From contig CAZYCL010000002.1 in NCBI GenBank assembly GCA_964645795.1, forward strand, positions 144,352 to 208,351: a stretch of 64,000 nucleotides of DNA. The letters are read 5' to 3'. The first letter of the stretch is position 1; each line of letters opens with the position of its first letter. Position numbers and translations under genes: made by a program. The DNA comes from an uncultured Planctomycetales bacterium (lineage in GTDB: Bacteria > Omnitrophota > Gorgyraeia > Gygaellales > Profunditerraquicolaceae). The notes under the pieces were generated by a model that was not told the origin of the DNA, searched no databases, and saw only the letters and a program-made list of their open reading frames with translations. This document shows positions 19,590 to 28,552 of the stretch, in pieces.

Positions 19590-20503
19590 TCGTGCCCCCT
19601 TATCCCGATCCCGAAGTTTTTTTCCTTTAACCCGGACAGAGAAGACAAAACGCCTGCGAAAAAGGCGGCTTTACATAAATTGACCACTAGAGAATATACC
19701 GGGCGCGCCCAAAGAGGGATGCTTGGCCGCGGATAACGGTATGTTTTTCCGGAACAAACCCAGGACGGCAAGAAGGATTTGAAGACCTGTTTCAACGAAA
19801 GCCCCATATTTACCCGGATGTGGATGTAGCCGTGGCCGTCCCTATACCTCTTTTTTAACAACGGCCAAAGCTTCCTGGGGGGATGATATATTACGGCCTT
19901 GGGGCAATAAACCAGCCGCGCCCCGCCCTTTACCGCCCTTTGCGTCCACCTTAAGTCTTCCCCGGTGATAAAAGACCCGTAAAATCCTCCGATCTCCAGG
20001 AACAATTTTGATTTCACCAGTAAGTTGGCCGTAATAGCGCCCTGCATTTCTGCCACATAATAATCATTGCGCATGCCCTCCAGGGAATCATAAATTTGAG
20101 CCAGGGTGGGTTGAGCCGGACGATTAAACGCGATCCTGCCTGCCACCATGTCCGATCCTGCAGACTCCATAGCCTGCAGGGACTCGGCAATCCAGGCAGG
20201 GCTGACGACGCAGTCCGCATCGGTAAAAGCGATGACCTCGCCGCTAGCTTCGGCTATGCCCCTGTTCCTGGCGGCATAAGGTGATTGTATTAGGTTTTCC
20301 TCAAGGAGAACGACGGGATACCCCTTGATGCTCTCCGAGGTATTGTCGCTAGACATGTTATCGACGATAATTACCTCGGTAAGCTCCCTGGGGTAATCCA
20401 GCTTAAAGAGCGACTCCAAAAGCCCGGTTATGCATTTTTGCCCATTATGCACGGGGACGATTATGGATACTCTCGGCCGGAAATTACTTTTTGGCTCTGA
20501 CAT
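19586..20503 (-). CDS. Glycosyltransferase family 2 (paralog A)
   Basis: 305 aa. N-terminal VSIIVPVHN...DYP...VIIVDNMSSDNT motif plus a DAD catalytic motif. Roughly 50% identical to the adjacent GT2. Confidence 0.85.
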   Translation of the reverse strand: MSEPKSNFRPRVSIIVPVHNGQKCITGLLESLFKLDYPRELTEVIIVDNMSSDNTSESIKGYPVVLLEENLIQSPYAARNRGIAEASGEVIAFTDADCVVSPAWIAESLQAMESAGSDMVAGRIAFNRPAQPTLAQIYDSLEGMRNDYYVAEMQGAITANLLVKSKLFLEIGGFYGSFITGEDLRWTQRAVKGGARLVYCPKAVIYHPPRKLWPLLKKRYRDGHGYIHIRVNMGLSLKQVFKSFLPSWVCSGKTYRYPRPSIPLWARPVYSLVVNLCKAAFFAGVLSSLSGLKEKNFGIGIRGHD

Positions 20504-21392
20504 AAGGACCTAAGAATGACCGGAATATTCCGGCGGCCTGGCAAGCCTTACATAGATAATCGACCAAAAACAGGCCTAAGACCATGCCGCGGGTGCCTGT
20601 CAACCTTTCTTCTTGCATTTTCTTCAATATATAAAGAGAGTTGGCCGGGAAAAATAAACCCGCAAAATAACGCGCCTTTTCCAGAAATCCGCCTTTCATA
20701 TCGGCGCGGGCGTTGATAAAGCCCCTGCCGACACGATAATTCTGCCTCAACAGCTCTTTGAAGCCTCTGGCAGGATGCAGCACTAAAGCTTCGGCTGAAT
20801 AAATCAACAGATACCCTTTATTGACCGCCCTTTGCGTCCAACCCAGGTCCTCACCGGAAATAAGGGGCCTGAAATAACCTGCCCTGGCAAACATCTCTCT
20901 TTTGACGACTAGATTTGCCGTGATAGCGCCGCGCATCCTGCTTACATAATATTTGTTATCCAGTCCGATGAATGAACTGAATAACTGTGCCGTGCCGGGC
21001 CTGACAGAACGGATAACCTTGACCTGTCCGGCCACCATATCGCTGTTTCCTGAAACCAAGGCTTCGACTGCGTTTTTTAACCATTTGCTGTCTGCTGCGC
21101 AGTCGGCATCGGTAAAAGCGATAAGCTCGCCCCCGGCCGCGGCTATGCCCCTGTTCCTGGCGGCGTAAGAACTTATGACCCCGGTCTCCCGCAATAAAAG
21201 CACCGGATACCCCGCGACTATACCGGCGGTATTATCGCTGGAGCCGTTGTCGACTACGATTATCTCCAGCGCCTCTTTGGGGTAATCCAGATCCAGCAGG
21301 GACTCCAGGAGCCTGGCAATGCTTGCTGCTGCGTTGCGGGCGGGGACAACCACAGACACCTTGGGTACTATGTTGATTTTACCTTCGGGCAT
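20484..21392 (-). CDS. Glycosyltransferase family 2 (paralog B)
   Basis: 302 aa. VSVVVPARN...IIVVDNGSSDNT and DAD motifs. Tandem paralog of 19586-20503. Confidence 0.85.
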   Translation of the reverse strand: MPEGKINIVPKVSVVVPARNAAASIARLLESLLDLDYPKEALEIIVVDNGSSDNTAGIVAGYPVLLLRETGVISSYAARNRGIAAAGGELIAFTDADCAADSKWLKNAVEALVSGNSDMVAGQVKVIRSVRPGTAQLFSSFIGLDNKYYVSRMRGAITANLVVKREMFARAGYFRPLISGEDLGWTQRAVNKGYLLIYSAEALVLHPARGFKELLRQNYRVGRGFINARADMKGGFLEKARYFAGLFFPANSLYILKKMQEERLTGTRGMVLGLFLVDYLCKACQAAGIFRSFLGPYVRAKK

Positions 21393-21403
21393 TTATGCGG
21401 GAT

Positions 21404-23194
21404 TTAACTTTGTAATTCCTGAAAGGAGTAAAGCTGTTTGTACAAACCGCCTTTCTGCAGAAGCTCGCTGTGGCTGCCTTCCTCAACGACCTGCCCTTTA
21501 TCCAGGACTACGATCTTACCGGCATGCTTGACAGTGGAAAGCCTATGAGCGATAACGAAAACGGTCCTTCCTTCAATAAGCTTATCCAGCGCATCCTGGA
21601 CGATACGCTCGGCATGAGTATCCAGCTGGGAAGTAGCTTCATCTAGTATCAAAATAGGCGGGTTCTTAAGCAGCGCGCGGGCAATCGCGATACGCTGGCG
21701 TTCGCCTCCGGAGATCTTAGCCCCTCTGTCGCCGATAACGGTATCATAACCGCAAGGCAGCTTAACGATGAAATCGTGGGCATGGGCCTTTTTCGCCGCG
21801 CTCTCTATTTCGGTCTGGGAGGCAGAAGAGGCCCCGTATGCGATATTGGCCCTTATCGTATCGTTGAACAATATGGTCTCCTGGGTAACGATCCCTATCT
21901 GCTGACGAAGGGACCTGAGCGTAAACTCCCTGATGTCGGCGCCGTCAATAAGCACCCTGCCCTTTTTGGGATCATAAAAACGAGGTATCAGGTCCAAGAG
22001 GGTGGTTTTTCCCGTACCGCTGGGCCCGACTACCGCCAACATCGATCCCTGCTTTACCTCAAAGCTTACGCCTTTAAGCACCGCGTGATCAGCATAGGAA
22101 AACCATACGTCTTCGAAAACGATGCGGTCCTTGAATCCGGTAAGCGTGCCTGCGTTTTTTCTGTCCGTTACCGTGGGGGCGGTATCCAGGACTTCGTGTA
22201 TACGCTGGCTTGCCGCTACGGCCTGTTGGTTCAGGGAGTTAACCTGGCTTAGCTTCTTGAAAGGCCGGATCATCGACAGGAGACTACCCATGAACAATCC
22301 GAATACCCCGAAGGAAACTTTCCCGGTGATGACCTCTCTGCCTATGATATAAAAAACGCTTACGCCCACCACGCACCCCAGGATCTCGGTAAGAGGGTTA
22401 AGAATGAGTATGCGCTTGATGGATTTCATCGCTAGGCGGTAATAATCGTAATTTACCCGGTTAAACCTGTCTATCTCATACTGCTCCATATTGAAGGCCT
22501 TGACGATCCTGACCCCGCTTATGGTTTCATAAAGCAGGGAGTTGGTATCTGCCATCTTCTCCTGAGACCTGCGGGAGAGCTTCCTTAATGCCTTACCTAC
22601 CTTTATGATCGGATAGCTTATGAACGGCACCAGGATTATGGAAACAAAAGCCAGCTTCGGATAGATAAGAATGGTCATCGTCAGGAAAGTCGCTACCTGC
22701 AGGGATTGGTAAACCAGGTCCGTAGAGCCGTAAGAGACGGCGTTTTCGACGATGCGCACGTCATTGGTGATACGCGAGATAAGCTCTCCGCCTCTCTTAT
22801 GGGTAAAATAATCAAGGGACAAAGTCTGGAACTTCGCGTATAGCTTGGCCTTTATATCCCTGACCACGCGCTGCCCCAGATCCGACATAAGGTAGCTCTG
22901 GAGGAACCCGAAGATCCCTTTCAACACGAACAGAAGGATGACCGCCACAGCCATGTAAGTCAAAAGCAGCTGCGGGGACATGTTGTTTATCTTATCGATA
23001 GAAACTGCGGCCCAGTCAGGGAGCTTGTTGGGGATGATGATCTTCTTGTCGGTCAGGACCTTATCGGCCATCGGCACGATCATCGCCAGGGTCGCGCCGT
23101 CGAATACGGCGGAAAACCCCATGCAGATAACCGCAGCGGCAAACAGCCACTTGTAGGATTTTATGTATTTGAGCAGCTTCAGGTAATCTTTCAT
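21404..23194 (-). CDS. ABC transporter, fused permease/ATP-binding (MsbA-like lipid/glycolipid exporter)
   Basis: 596 aa. Six-TM ABC exporter domain followed by Walker A GPSGTGKTT, signature LSGGERQR and Walker B ILILDEATS. Confidence 0.88.
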   Translation of the reverse strand: MKDYLKLLKYIKSYKWLFAAAVICMGFSAVFDGATLAMIVPMADKVLTDKKIIIPNKLPDWAAVSIDKINNMSPQLLLTYMAVAVILLFVLKGIFGFLQSYLMSDLGQRVVRDIKAKLYAKFQTLSLDYFTHKRGGELISRITNDVRIVENAVSYGSTDLVYQSLQVATFLTMTILIYPKLAFVSIILVPFISYPIIKVGKALRKLSRRSQEKMADTNSLLYETISGVRIVKAFNMEQYEIDRFNRVNYDYYRLAMKSIKRILILNPLTEILGCVVGVSVFYIIGREVITGKVSFGVFGLFMGSLLSMIRPFKKLSQVNSLNQQAVAASQRIHEVLDTAPTVTDRKNAGTLTGFKDRIVFEDVWFSYADHAVLKGVSFEVKQGSMLAVVGPSGTGKTTLLDLIPRFYDPKKGRVLIDGADIREFTLRSLRQQIGIVTQETILFNDTIRANIAYGASSASQTEIESAAKKAHAHDFIVKLPCGYDTVIGDRGAKISGGERQRIAIARALLKNPPILILDEATSQLDTHAERIVQDALDKLIEGRTVFVIAHRLSTVKHAGKIVVLDKGQVVEEGSHSELLQKGGLYKQLYSFQELQS

Positions 23195-23307
23195 CGATCT
23201 CCTTAAGAAAATTTATTTTATCATACATGTATGGGGCTAGCAATACCTTTTACCTTGCCTATAAATATTCGTTGCAACCTGCCCCGGGCTCTGTTAATAT
23301 TTTTATT

Positions 23308-24225
23308 ATGGAAAGGCTGAGGGTCGGGGTCGTGGGCGTCGGGCATCTGGGCAGGATACACGCCAGAATATACAAACAGCTATCCGGCTGCCAATTAACG
23401 GCTGTCTGCGATACCGATGATGCCAGGCTTAAGGAGATCTCGCAAGAGCTGGGTGTGGCGGGCTTCTGCGAACACCGAAAGCTTTTTGGCATGGTTGATG
23501 CGGTGAGCATCGCCACCCCCGCGCGCTCACATTTTGCGATAGCCTCGGATTTCCTCCTGCACAATATTCATACCCTGGTGGAGAAGCCCTTCACCTCGGA
23601 TCTTGGCCAAGCCGACTCCCTCATCAAAACGGCGGCAAAGAACAAACTTATCCTGCAGGTCGGCCACATCGAGCGCTTTAACTCGGCCTTCGCGGCCACC
23701 AAAGAGCTGATCGTCAACCCCCGCTTTATCGAATGCCACCGCCTAAGCCCTTTTCCCAACCGCTCCCTTGATATCGGGGTAGTCCTGGACGTGATGATCC
23801 ACGACATTGATATCGTCCTGGGGCTGGTCTCTTCCCCCGTCAGGCGCATAGATGCCGTCGGCATCGACGTCCTTACCCCGCACGAGGACATCGCCAACGC
23901 CCGCATTACTTTTAAGAACGGCTGCGTGGCAAATCTTACCGCCAGCCGGGTATCGGATGAAGTGATGCGCAAGATCCGGATCTTTCAAAAGAATACCTAT
24001 ATCTCCCTGGATTACAAGGAAGCGCGCGCCTGCCAGTACAAAAAAGACGGCCGCCAGATAATCAAAAGCGACCTGCCCATAGAAAAAGAACAGCCTCTGC
24101 AAAAAGAACTGGCCTCGTTTCTGGAATGCGTGATCAATAATGCCAGGCCGCTGGTATGCGGAAAGACCGCCAGAGACGCCTTGAGCCTTGCCCTGGAGAT
24201 CCAGAAAAGAATATGGACCGGATAA
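23308..24225 (+). CDS. Gfo/Idh/MocA family NAD(P)-dependent oxidoreductase
   Basis: Start placed at MERLRVGVVGVGHLGRIH, a Rossmann GxGxxG motif; the 5' extension in the ORF track lacks this motif. Family-level similarity to UDP-sugar dehydrogenases of the GnnA type. Confidence 0.8.
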   Translation: MERLRVGVVGVGHLGRIHARIYKQLSGCQLTAVCDTDDARLKEISQELGVAGFCEHRKLFGMVDAVSIATPARSHFAIASDFLLHNIHTLVEKPFTSDLGQADSLIKTAAKNKLILQVGHIERFNSAFAATKELIVNPRFIECHRLSPFPNRSLDIGVVLDVMIHDIDIVLGLVSSPVRRIDAVGIDVLTPHEDIANARITFKNGCVANLTASRVSDEVMRKIRIFQKNTYISLDYKEARACQYKKDGRQIIKSDLPIEKEQPLQKELASFLECVINNARPLVCGKTARDALSLALEIQKRIWTG

Positions 24226-25358
24226 AACACTTCATCATCGTTGCCGGAGAGGCTTCCGGCGATCTGCACGCCGCTAATCTCGTTGAGAAGATGCTCCTGA
24301 TAAACCCCCGCTTGAAATTCTCCGGGGTCGGAGGAGAGATGCTTCGCAAAGCCGGCTGCCAGGTGTTTTACGACTTAAGGGAACTGGCGGTAATGGGGTT
24401 ATTTGACGTGATCAAAAAACTCCCCGTCTTCCTGAATCTAAGACGCCTGCTGCTCCAAAAGATCATGAGCGATAAACCCGCAGCGCTGATCCTGGTGGAC
24501 TTCTCCGGATTCAACCTGCGCCTTGCAAAGGCGGTTAACAAAAGACTGCCGGTGATATATTACGTCAGCCCACAGGTTTGGGCTTCGCGAAGGGGAAGGC
24601 TTAAGACCATACGCAAGTACGTATCCAAGATGGTAGTGCTTTTTGCCTTTGAAAAGGAGTTCTACCGCCGCCACGGCATAAACGTCGACTACGCCGCAGG
24701 CCACCCGCTTCTGGATACGGTAAAACCCGGCTCAGAGAAGAAAGAATTCCTCTCCCGCTTCGGCCTCTCTGATAAGACCATCACCATCGCTCTCCTGCCC
24801 GGCTCCAGGATATCGGAGATATCCCGGATATTGCCGGTAATGGTAAAAACTGCCCGGATAATCGCGCGCAAGCTGAATCAAGTCCAGTTTCTGATAGCAA
24901 AACCGAATCAGGCCGGCGGCCAGATCTACGATAAGATAATCGCAGGCTCTCACCTTAACTATAAAATAGTGGAAGGAAAAACCTACGACTGCATCAACGC
25001 CTCTGATTTCGCGCTGGTCTGTTCGGGGACGGCGACCCTGGAGACGGCAATCTTAAAAAAACCCTTCTTCATAGTCTACCGCATGGGAATCCTGAACTAC
25101 CTGCTTTACCGGCCCCAGGTGCGCCTGCCCTTTATTGGGCTGGTGAATATCGTAGTGGGCAAAAAGATCATTCCGGAGTTCATTCAATTCGGGGCCCAGC
25201 CTAAAAAAATCGCCAAAAAGGCGCTGGAGATCATCGAGAACCCGCTCGAGCTTCTTCAAATGCAAAACAACCTTTCGCATATCAAAGCCTGCCTGGGAGA
25301 GCCCGGCGCGACCCTGCGCGCGGCAAGAAACATCCTGGATTTTCTCGCAAAAATATAA
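24213..25358 (+). CDS. lpxB: Lipid-A-disaccharide synthase
   Basis: Start taken at MDRIKHFIIVAGEASGDLHAANL, the canonical LpxB N-terminus. Overlaps the upstream gene by 13 nt. Confidence 0.88.
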   Translation: MDRIKHFIIVAGEASGDLHAANLVEKMLLINPRLKFSGVGGEMLRKAGCQVFYDLRELAVMGLFDVIKKLPVFLNLRRLLLQKIMSDKPAALILVDFSGFNLRLAKAVNKRLPVIYYVSPQVWASRRGRLKTIRKYVSKMVVLFAFEKEFYRRHGINVDYAAGHPLLDTVKPGSEKKEFLSRFGLSDKTITIALLPGSRISEISRILPVMVKTARIIARKLNQVQFLIAKPNQAGGQIYDKIIAGSHLNYKIVEGKTYDCINASDFALVCSGTATLETAILKKPFFIVYRMGILNYLLYRPQVRLPFIGLVNIVVGKKIIPEFIQFGAQPKKIAKKALEIIENPLELLQMQNNLSHIKACLGEPGATLRAARNILDFLAKI

Positions 25359-25360
25359 TA

Positions 25361-26224
25361 TTAAGGGAATTTCGGTTCTTCGACCGCAGGCGTGCGGGGA
25401 AAGGTCTTGTCCATATCGGCCTGCACCTGATCCAGTTGCTTTACGGGTACCAGGCCGCTGGAGTCGGTAGTGACCTTTACCGCAGGGGCATGGCCGGAAG
25501 GATGTTCTGTCACGGCGGGTTTGGCTGAAGCCTGCCCATCGGCTTTAGCTACGGCTTTCTCTTTGTCGCTTTTGGCTTCGTCATCAAACTTGGGAGGGAC
25601 GTTTTTTATAAAAAAGACTACCCGGCGGTTACGCGCGCGGTTCTCGGGAGTATCATTAGGGGCGCGCGGACGGAACTCCCCGTAACCGATAGCGGAGACC
25701 CTGCGGGGATCAAGCTGGTGTTCTTCGATCAGATGGTGCAGGACCGTAAGCGCCCGGGCAGAAGAAAGCTCCCAATTAGAAGGGAACCTGTCCGTGTCAA
25801 TGGGGACATTGTCGGTATGCCCCTCGATAAGGACCTCATTGGGCATATTCTTTAAGAGAGGGCCGATCTTCATCATAAGGTGCACCATTTTCGGGGTCAG
25901 GTCTGCCTTACCTATCTTAAAGAACGAATCCGCTCCCCCCTGATCCTCCAGGGTCAGCCTTATGCCTTCTTTGGTGATCTTTACGTCTGCCTGCAGCTGC
26001 TCCTCTTCGATTATCCTGTCGATCTCTTTTTTGGCCTGCTGGATGTTTTTGCTAAGCACCGCAGAAAGCGCGTAAAGTATGATAAAGAAGCAGACCATCT
26101 CGGTCATCAGGTCAGCATAATTAACAAGCCAGGGCGGAGCGGGATGCCCGAAGCGCGACACCTGCGGGTCGTCTTCTTCGATGTATCCCCTGGGGACCTT
26201 GTTTTCCGTTTGCGCAAAAGCCAT
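25361..26224 (-). CDS. OmpA/MotB family protein
   Basis: 287 aa. Single N-terminal TM helix, a C-terminal OmpA-like peptidoglycan-binding domain (NRRVVFF) and a K/A/E-rich tail. Confidence 0.75.
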   Translation of the reverse strand: MAFAQTENKVPRGYIEEDDPQVSRFGHPAPPWLVNYADLMTEMVCFFIILYALSAVLSKNIQQAKKEIDRIIEEEQLQADVKITKEGIRLTLEDQGGADSFFKIGKADLTPKMVHLMMKIGPLLKNMPNEVLIEGHTDNVPIDTDRFPSNWELSSARALTVLHHLIEEHQLDPRRVSAIGYGEFRPRAPNDTPENRARNRRVVFFIKNVPPKFDDEAKSDKEKAVAKADGQASAKPAVTEHPSGHAPAVKVTTDSSGLVPVKQLDQVQADMDKTFPRTPAVEEPKFP

Positions 26225-26236
26225 AAGCTTAAGCCC

Positions 26237-27019
26237 CTACTTCTTGGGCCCTTCCGTTGGTATCCTCTTTGACGGATTAAGGAAAGCGTGCAGCCCGGCT
26301 TCTATCAGCCTTGGGCTGACCCCCGCCTGCAATAACAGCACGCCGCGGATGATTATTTCGTTTACGAACAGCTCTTCTTCCGAGCGACGGCGCAGCTTCC
26401 CCGCCACGGGCATGAACAACAGATAACCCGCGCCTAAGCCATAGAACGCGGAGGTCAGCGCTATAGCCATGCGCGCCGGGACCTGCTCGACGTCAGTGAT
26501 AGAGTGCAACATAAGTATCATTCCCAGGACCGTACCGATGATACCGAAGGCCGGCGCATAGGTACCCAGCGCCCAGAATATCTCCTGCCCCACCTTGTGC
26601 CTCTGTTTTATGAAACCCATCTCCGTTTCCAGCATCGTGCGCACGAAATCCTGATCCTGGCCGTCGATGACCATCTGCAGCCCGCGCTTCATGAAATCGT
26701 TGTCCAGCTTTTTGACCTCGTTCTCCAGGGCGATGATCCCTTCCCTGCGGGCCTTTTTGCTCAAATTCACGAAAGAACCGATTATCTGATTGGTATCGAC
26801 CCTCCTGGCAAAAAGCGCTTTTTTGGTGACCTTGAATACCCCGATCACCTGCGAAAGAGGGTAATTTATAAGGGTAGCGCAGAAGGTCCCCCCGATAACA
26901 ACCAAAAACGCTTCGGTATTGTTGAATATTGCCAGTCCTTCGACGCCCTGATGCAGGACTACCGCGAATACGATCAGGCCGACGCCAAGGGCAGCACCTA
27001 TAATCGTAGTAATATCCAT
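26237..27019 (-). CDS. MotA/TolQ/ExbB proton-channel family protein
   Basis: 260 aa with four predicted TM helices and the conserved MotA C-terminal TM3-TM4 region. Adjacent to the MotB-like gene. Confidence 0.75.
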   Translation of the reverse strand: MDITTIIGAALGVGLIVFAVVLHQGVEGLAIFNNTEAFLVVIGGTFCATLINYPLSQVIGVFKVTKKALFARRVDTNQIIGSFVNLSKKARREGIIALENEVKKLDNDFMKRGLQMVIDGQDQDFVRTMLETEMGFIKQRHKVGQEIFWALGTYAPAFGIIGTVLGMILMLHSITDVEQVPARMAIALTSAFYGLGAGYLLFMPVAGKLRRRSEEELFVNEIIIRGVLLLQAGVSPRLIEAGLHAFLNPSKRIPTEGPKK

Positions 27020-27125
27020 GACTGCTTCTCCTCTCTGATATCCGGATAAATTTACGGATTAACAATCCGTTATGAGGCGGGAATTGTAGAAAGATTATAC
27101 CCTGTTATCCGTGTTAAATCAAGAA

Positions 27126-28238
27126 TTATGAGAGCTTGCGCGCCAGGGCTATGCGCTCATCGATAGGCGGGTGATCGAAGAAAAAAAACCTGATAAAAGG
27201 GTGCGGGCAGCGGTCCGCGAGGTTCTGATCGGCGAGCTTTTCCATCATGGAAACAAAGGCGCCGGGGCAAGCCGTGGCTTCTATGGCCTGCTTATCCGCG
27301 CTTACCTCAAAACGGCGGCTTAGCCAATTTTCCAGAGGCCTGGTGATCAGCCCAAAAATAATAAAGTACAGCAATACCAGCGGCATCGCGGCAAGCTCGG
27401 CCAGGCCGCCGAACCCGAAGTACACCGCTGCCCAATCGCTGCTGCGAAAGATTATGTAAAACAGCGCTGCCGTGACCGCCGAATCGGCGGCAAGGAGCTT
27501 AAGGATGTGCTTCGATTTATAATGGGCGAACTCGTGCGCCACGATCACCTCGACCTCTTCAGCGCTATACCTGTCTTTGAGCGTATCGGCTAATAACACC
27601 CTGCGGGAGGCACCCGTGCCGACAAAAGCAGCGTTGGCCTTGAATGTTTTTTTACTCAGATCTATCTCCAGGACGTCCACAAGCCTAACGCGCATCTTTT
27701 CGGCAAGCCTGATGATCCTGTTTTTTAACTCCGGGTCGCCGAGGTCTTTGTATTTAAAGAAAAGGGGTATTATCAATACCGGGAATAAACGGGTAAGGAC
27801 CAGGTTGAAGATTATCCAGAATGCCGAAGCCGCCAGCCACCAGTGATCGGGCAGTGCGCCTAAGACCCGATAAAAAACCGCAAACAATATGAGGCTGAAA
27901 ATATAGGAGAGAAGCCCGGACTTAAGCTGGTCATATAACCAGCCGCTTATCCTCTGTCCGGAAAGGCCGAAACGGCGCTCCAGGAGAAAGGAGCCGTAAA
28001 AGGTAAGCGGGAAATCGAGCAGATAATAACCCAGGCTGGCGCATAAGAGGTATACCGGCAGGGCCAGGGGGCCGGGCCCGGTAAAATAAACCACCTGTTC
28101 CAGGAGAAGCTTGGAGCCGCCGGAAAGGATAAAGACAAAAAGCAGAAAAATCAGATACAGGATATCCGCCAGGCTTAAGGCATACTTAATGCGCGAATAT
28201 CTTTTAGCCCTGCTTAGGGCCATTTCCTCCTGCCCCAT
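27126..28238 (-). CDS. M48 family zinc metallopeptidase (HtpX/Ste24-like)
   Basis: 370 aa. N-terminal TM helices followed by a HEFAHY (HExxH) motif. Confidence 0.85.
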   Translation of the reverse strand: MGQEEMALSRAKRYSRIKYALSLADILYLIFLLFVFILSGGSKLLLEQVVYFTGPGPLALPVYLLCASLGYYLLDFPLTFYGSFLLERRFGLSGQRISGWLYDQLKSGLLSYIFSLILFAVFYRVLGALPDHWWLAASAFWIIFNLVLTRLFPVLIIPLFFKYKDLGDPELKNRIIRLAEKMRVRLVDVLEIDLSKKTFKANAAFVGTGASRRVLLADTLKDRYSAEEVEVIVAHEFAHYKSKHILKLLAADSAVTAALFYIIFRSSDWAAVYFGFGGLAELAAMPLVLLYFIIFGLITRPLENWLSRRFEVSADKQAIEATACPGAFVSMMEKLADQNLADRCPHPFIRFFFFDHPPIDERIALARKLS

Positions 28239-28239
28239 A

Positions 28240-28488
28240 TCAACGCGATGATTTATTCTCTTCGCGCCTTATGCCGATAAAAGTGCGGAATTTCCCGCGG
28301 CTGGTCTTCTTTCTGCTGAAGTATATCCTGCCGCAGCAGATCGCATAAATTGTGCCCAGGCCCCTGGTGTTGAGCCCGGCCTTGTAAGTATCTATGCCCC
28401 TGCAGAGGATCTCGCCGGTCCTCACTATTTGCCCCGCTGAAACCTTAAGGGTTTTGTCCTTCTTTGGTCTTGCCTTTCCGCCTGCCAT
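28240..28488 (-). CDS. Ribosomal protein L27-like (divergent)
   Basis: 82 aa. SAGQIVRTGEILCRGIDTYKAGLNTRGLGTIYAICCGRIYF...KFRTFIGI aligns to the L27 core G-Q-x-V-x-x-G-x-I-x-x-R...G-x-N-x-G...A...G-x-x-x-F...KF. The canonical AHKKGxGSxxNGRDS N-terminus is absent. Confidence 0.5.
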   Translation of the reverse strand: MAGGKARPKKDKTLKVSAGQIVRTGEILCRGIDTYKAGLNTRGLGTIYAICCGRIYFSRKKTSRGKFRTFIGIRREENKSSR

Positions 28489-28552
28489 ATCAAGCTCCTT
28501 TTTTAATTAGGGTTTAAAACTATTTTAAGGCGATTATATTAACACACAATCC

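Noticed and set aside
23227-23307. 5' extensions of the Gfo/Idh/MocA gene (from 23227) and of lpxB (from 24156) as given in the ORF track
   Set aside because: The extensions precede the conserved Rossmann GxGxxG motif and the canonical LpxB N-terminus respectively, and have no SD. Internal ATGs give family-typical N-termini.`
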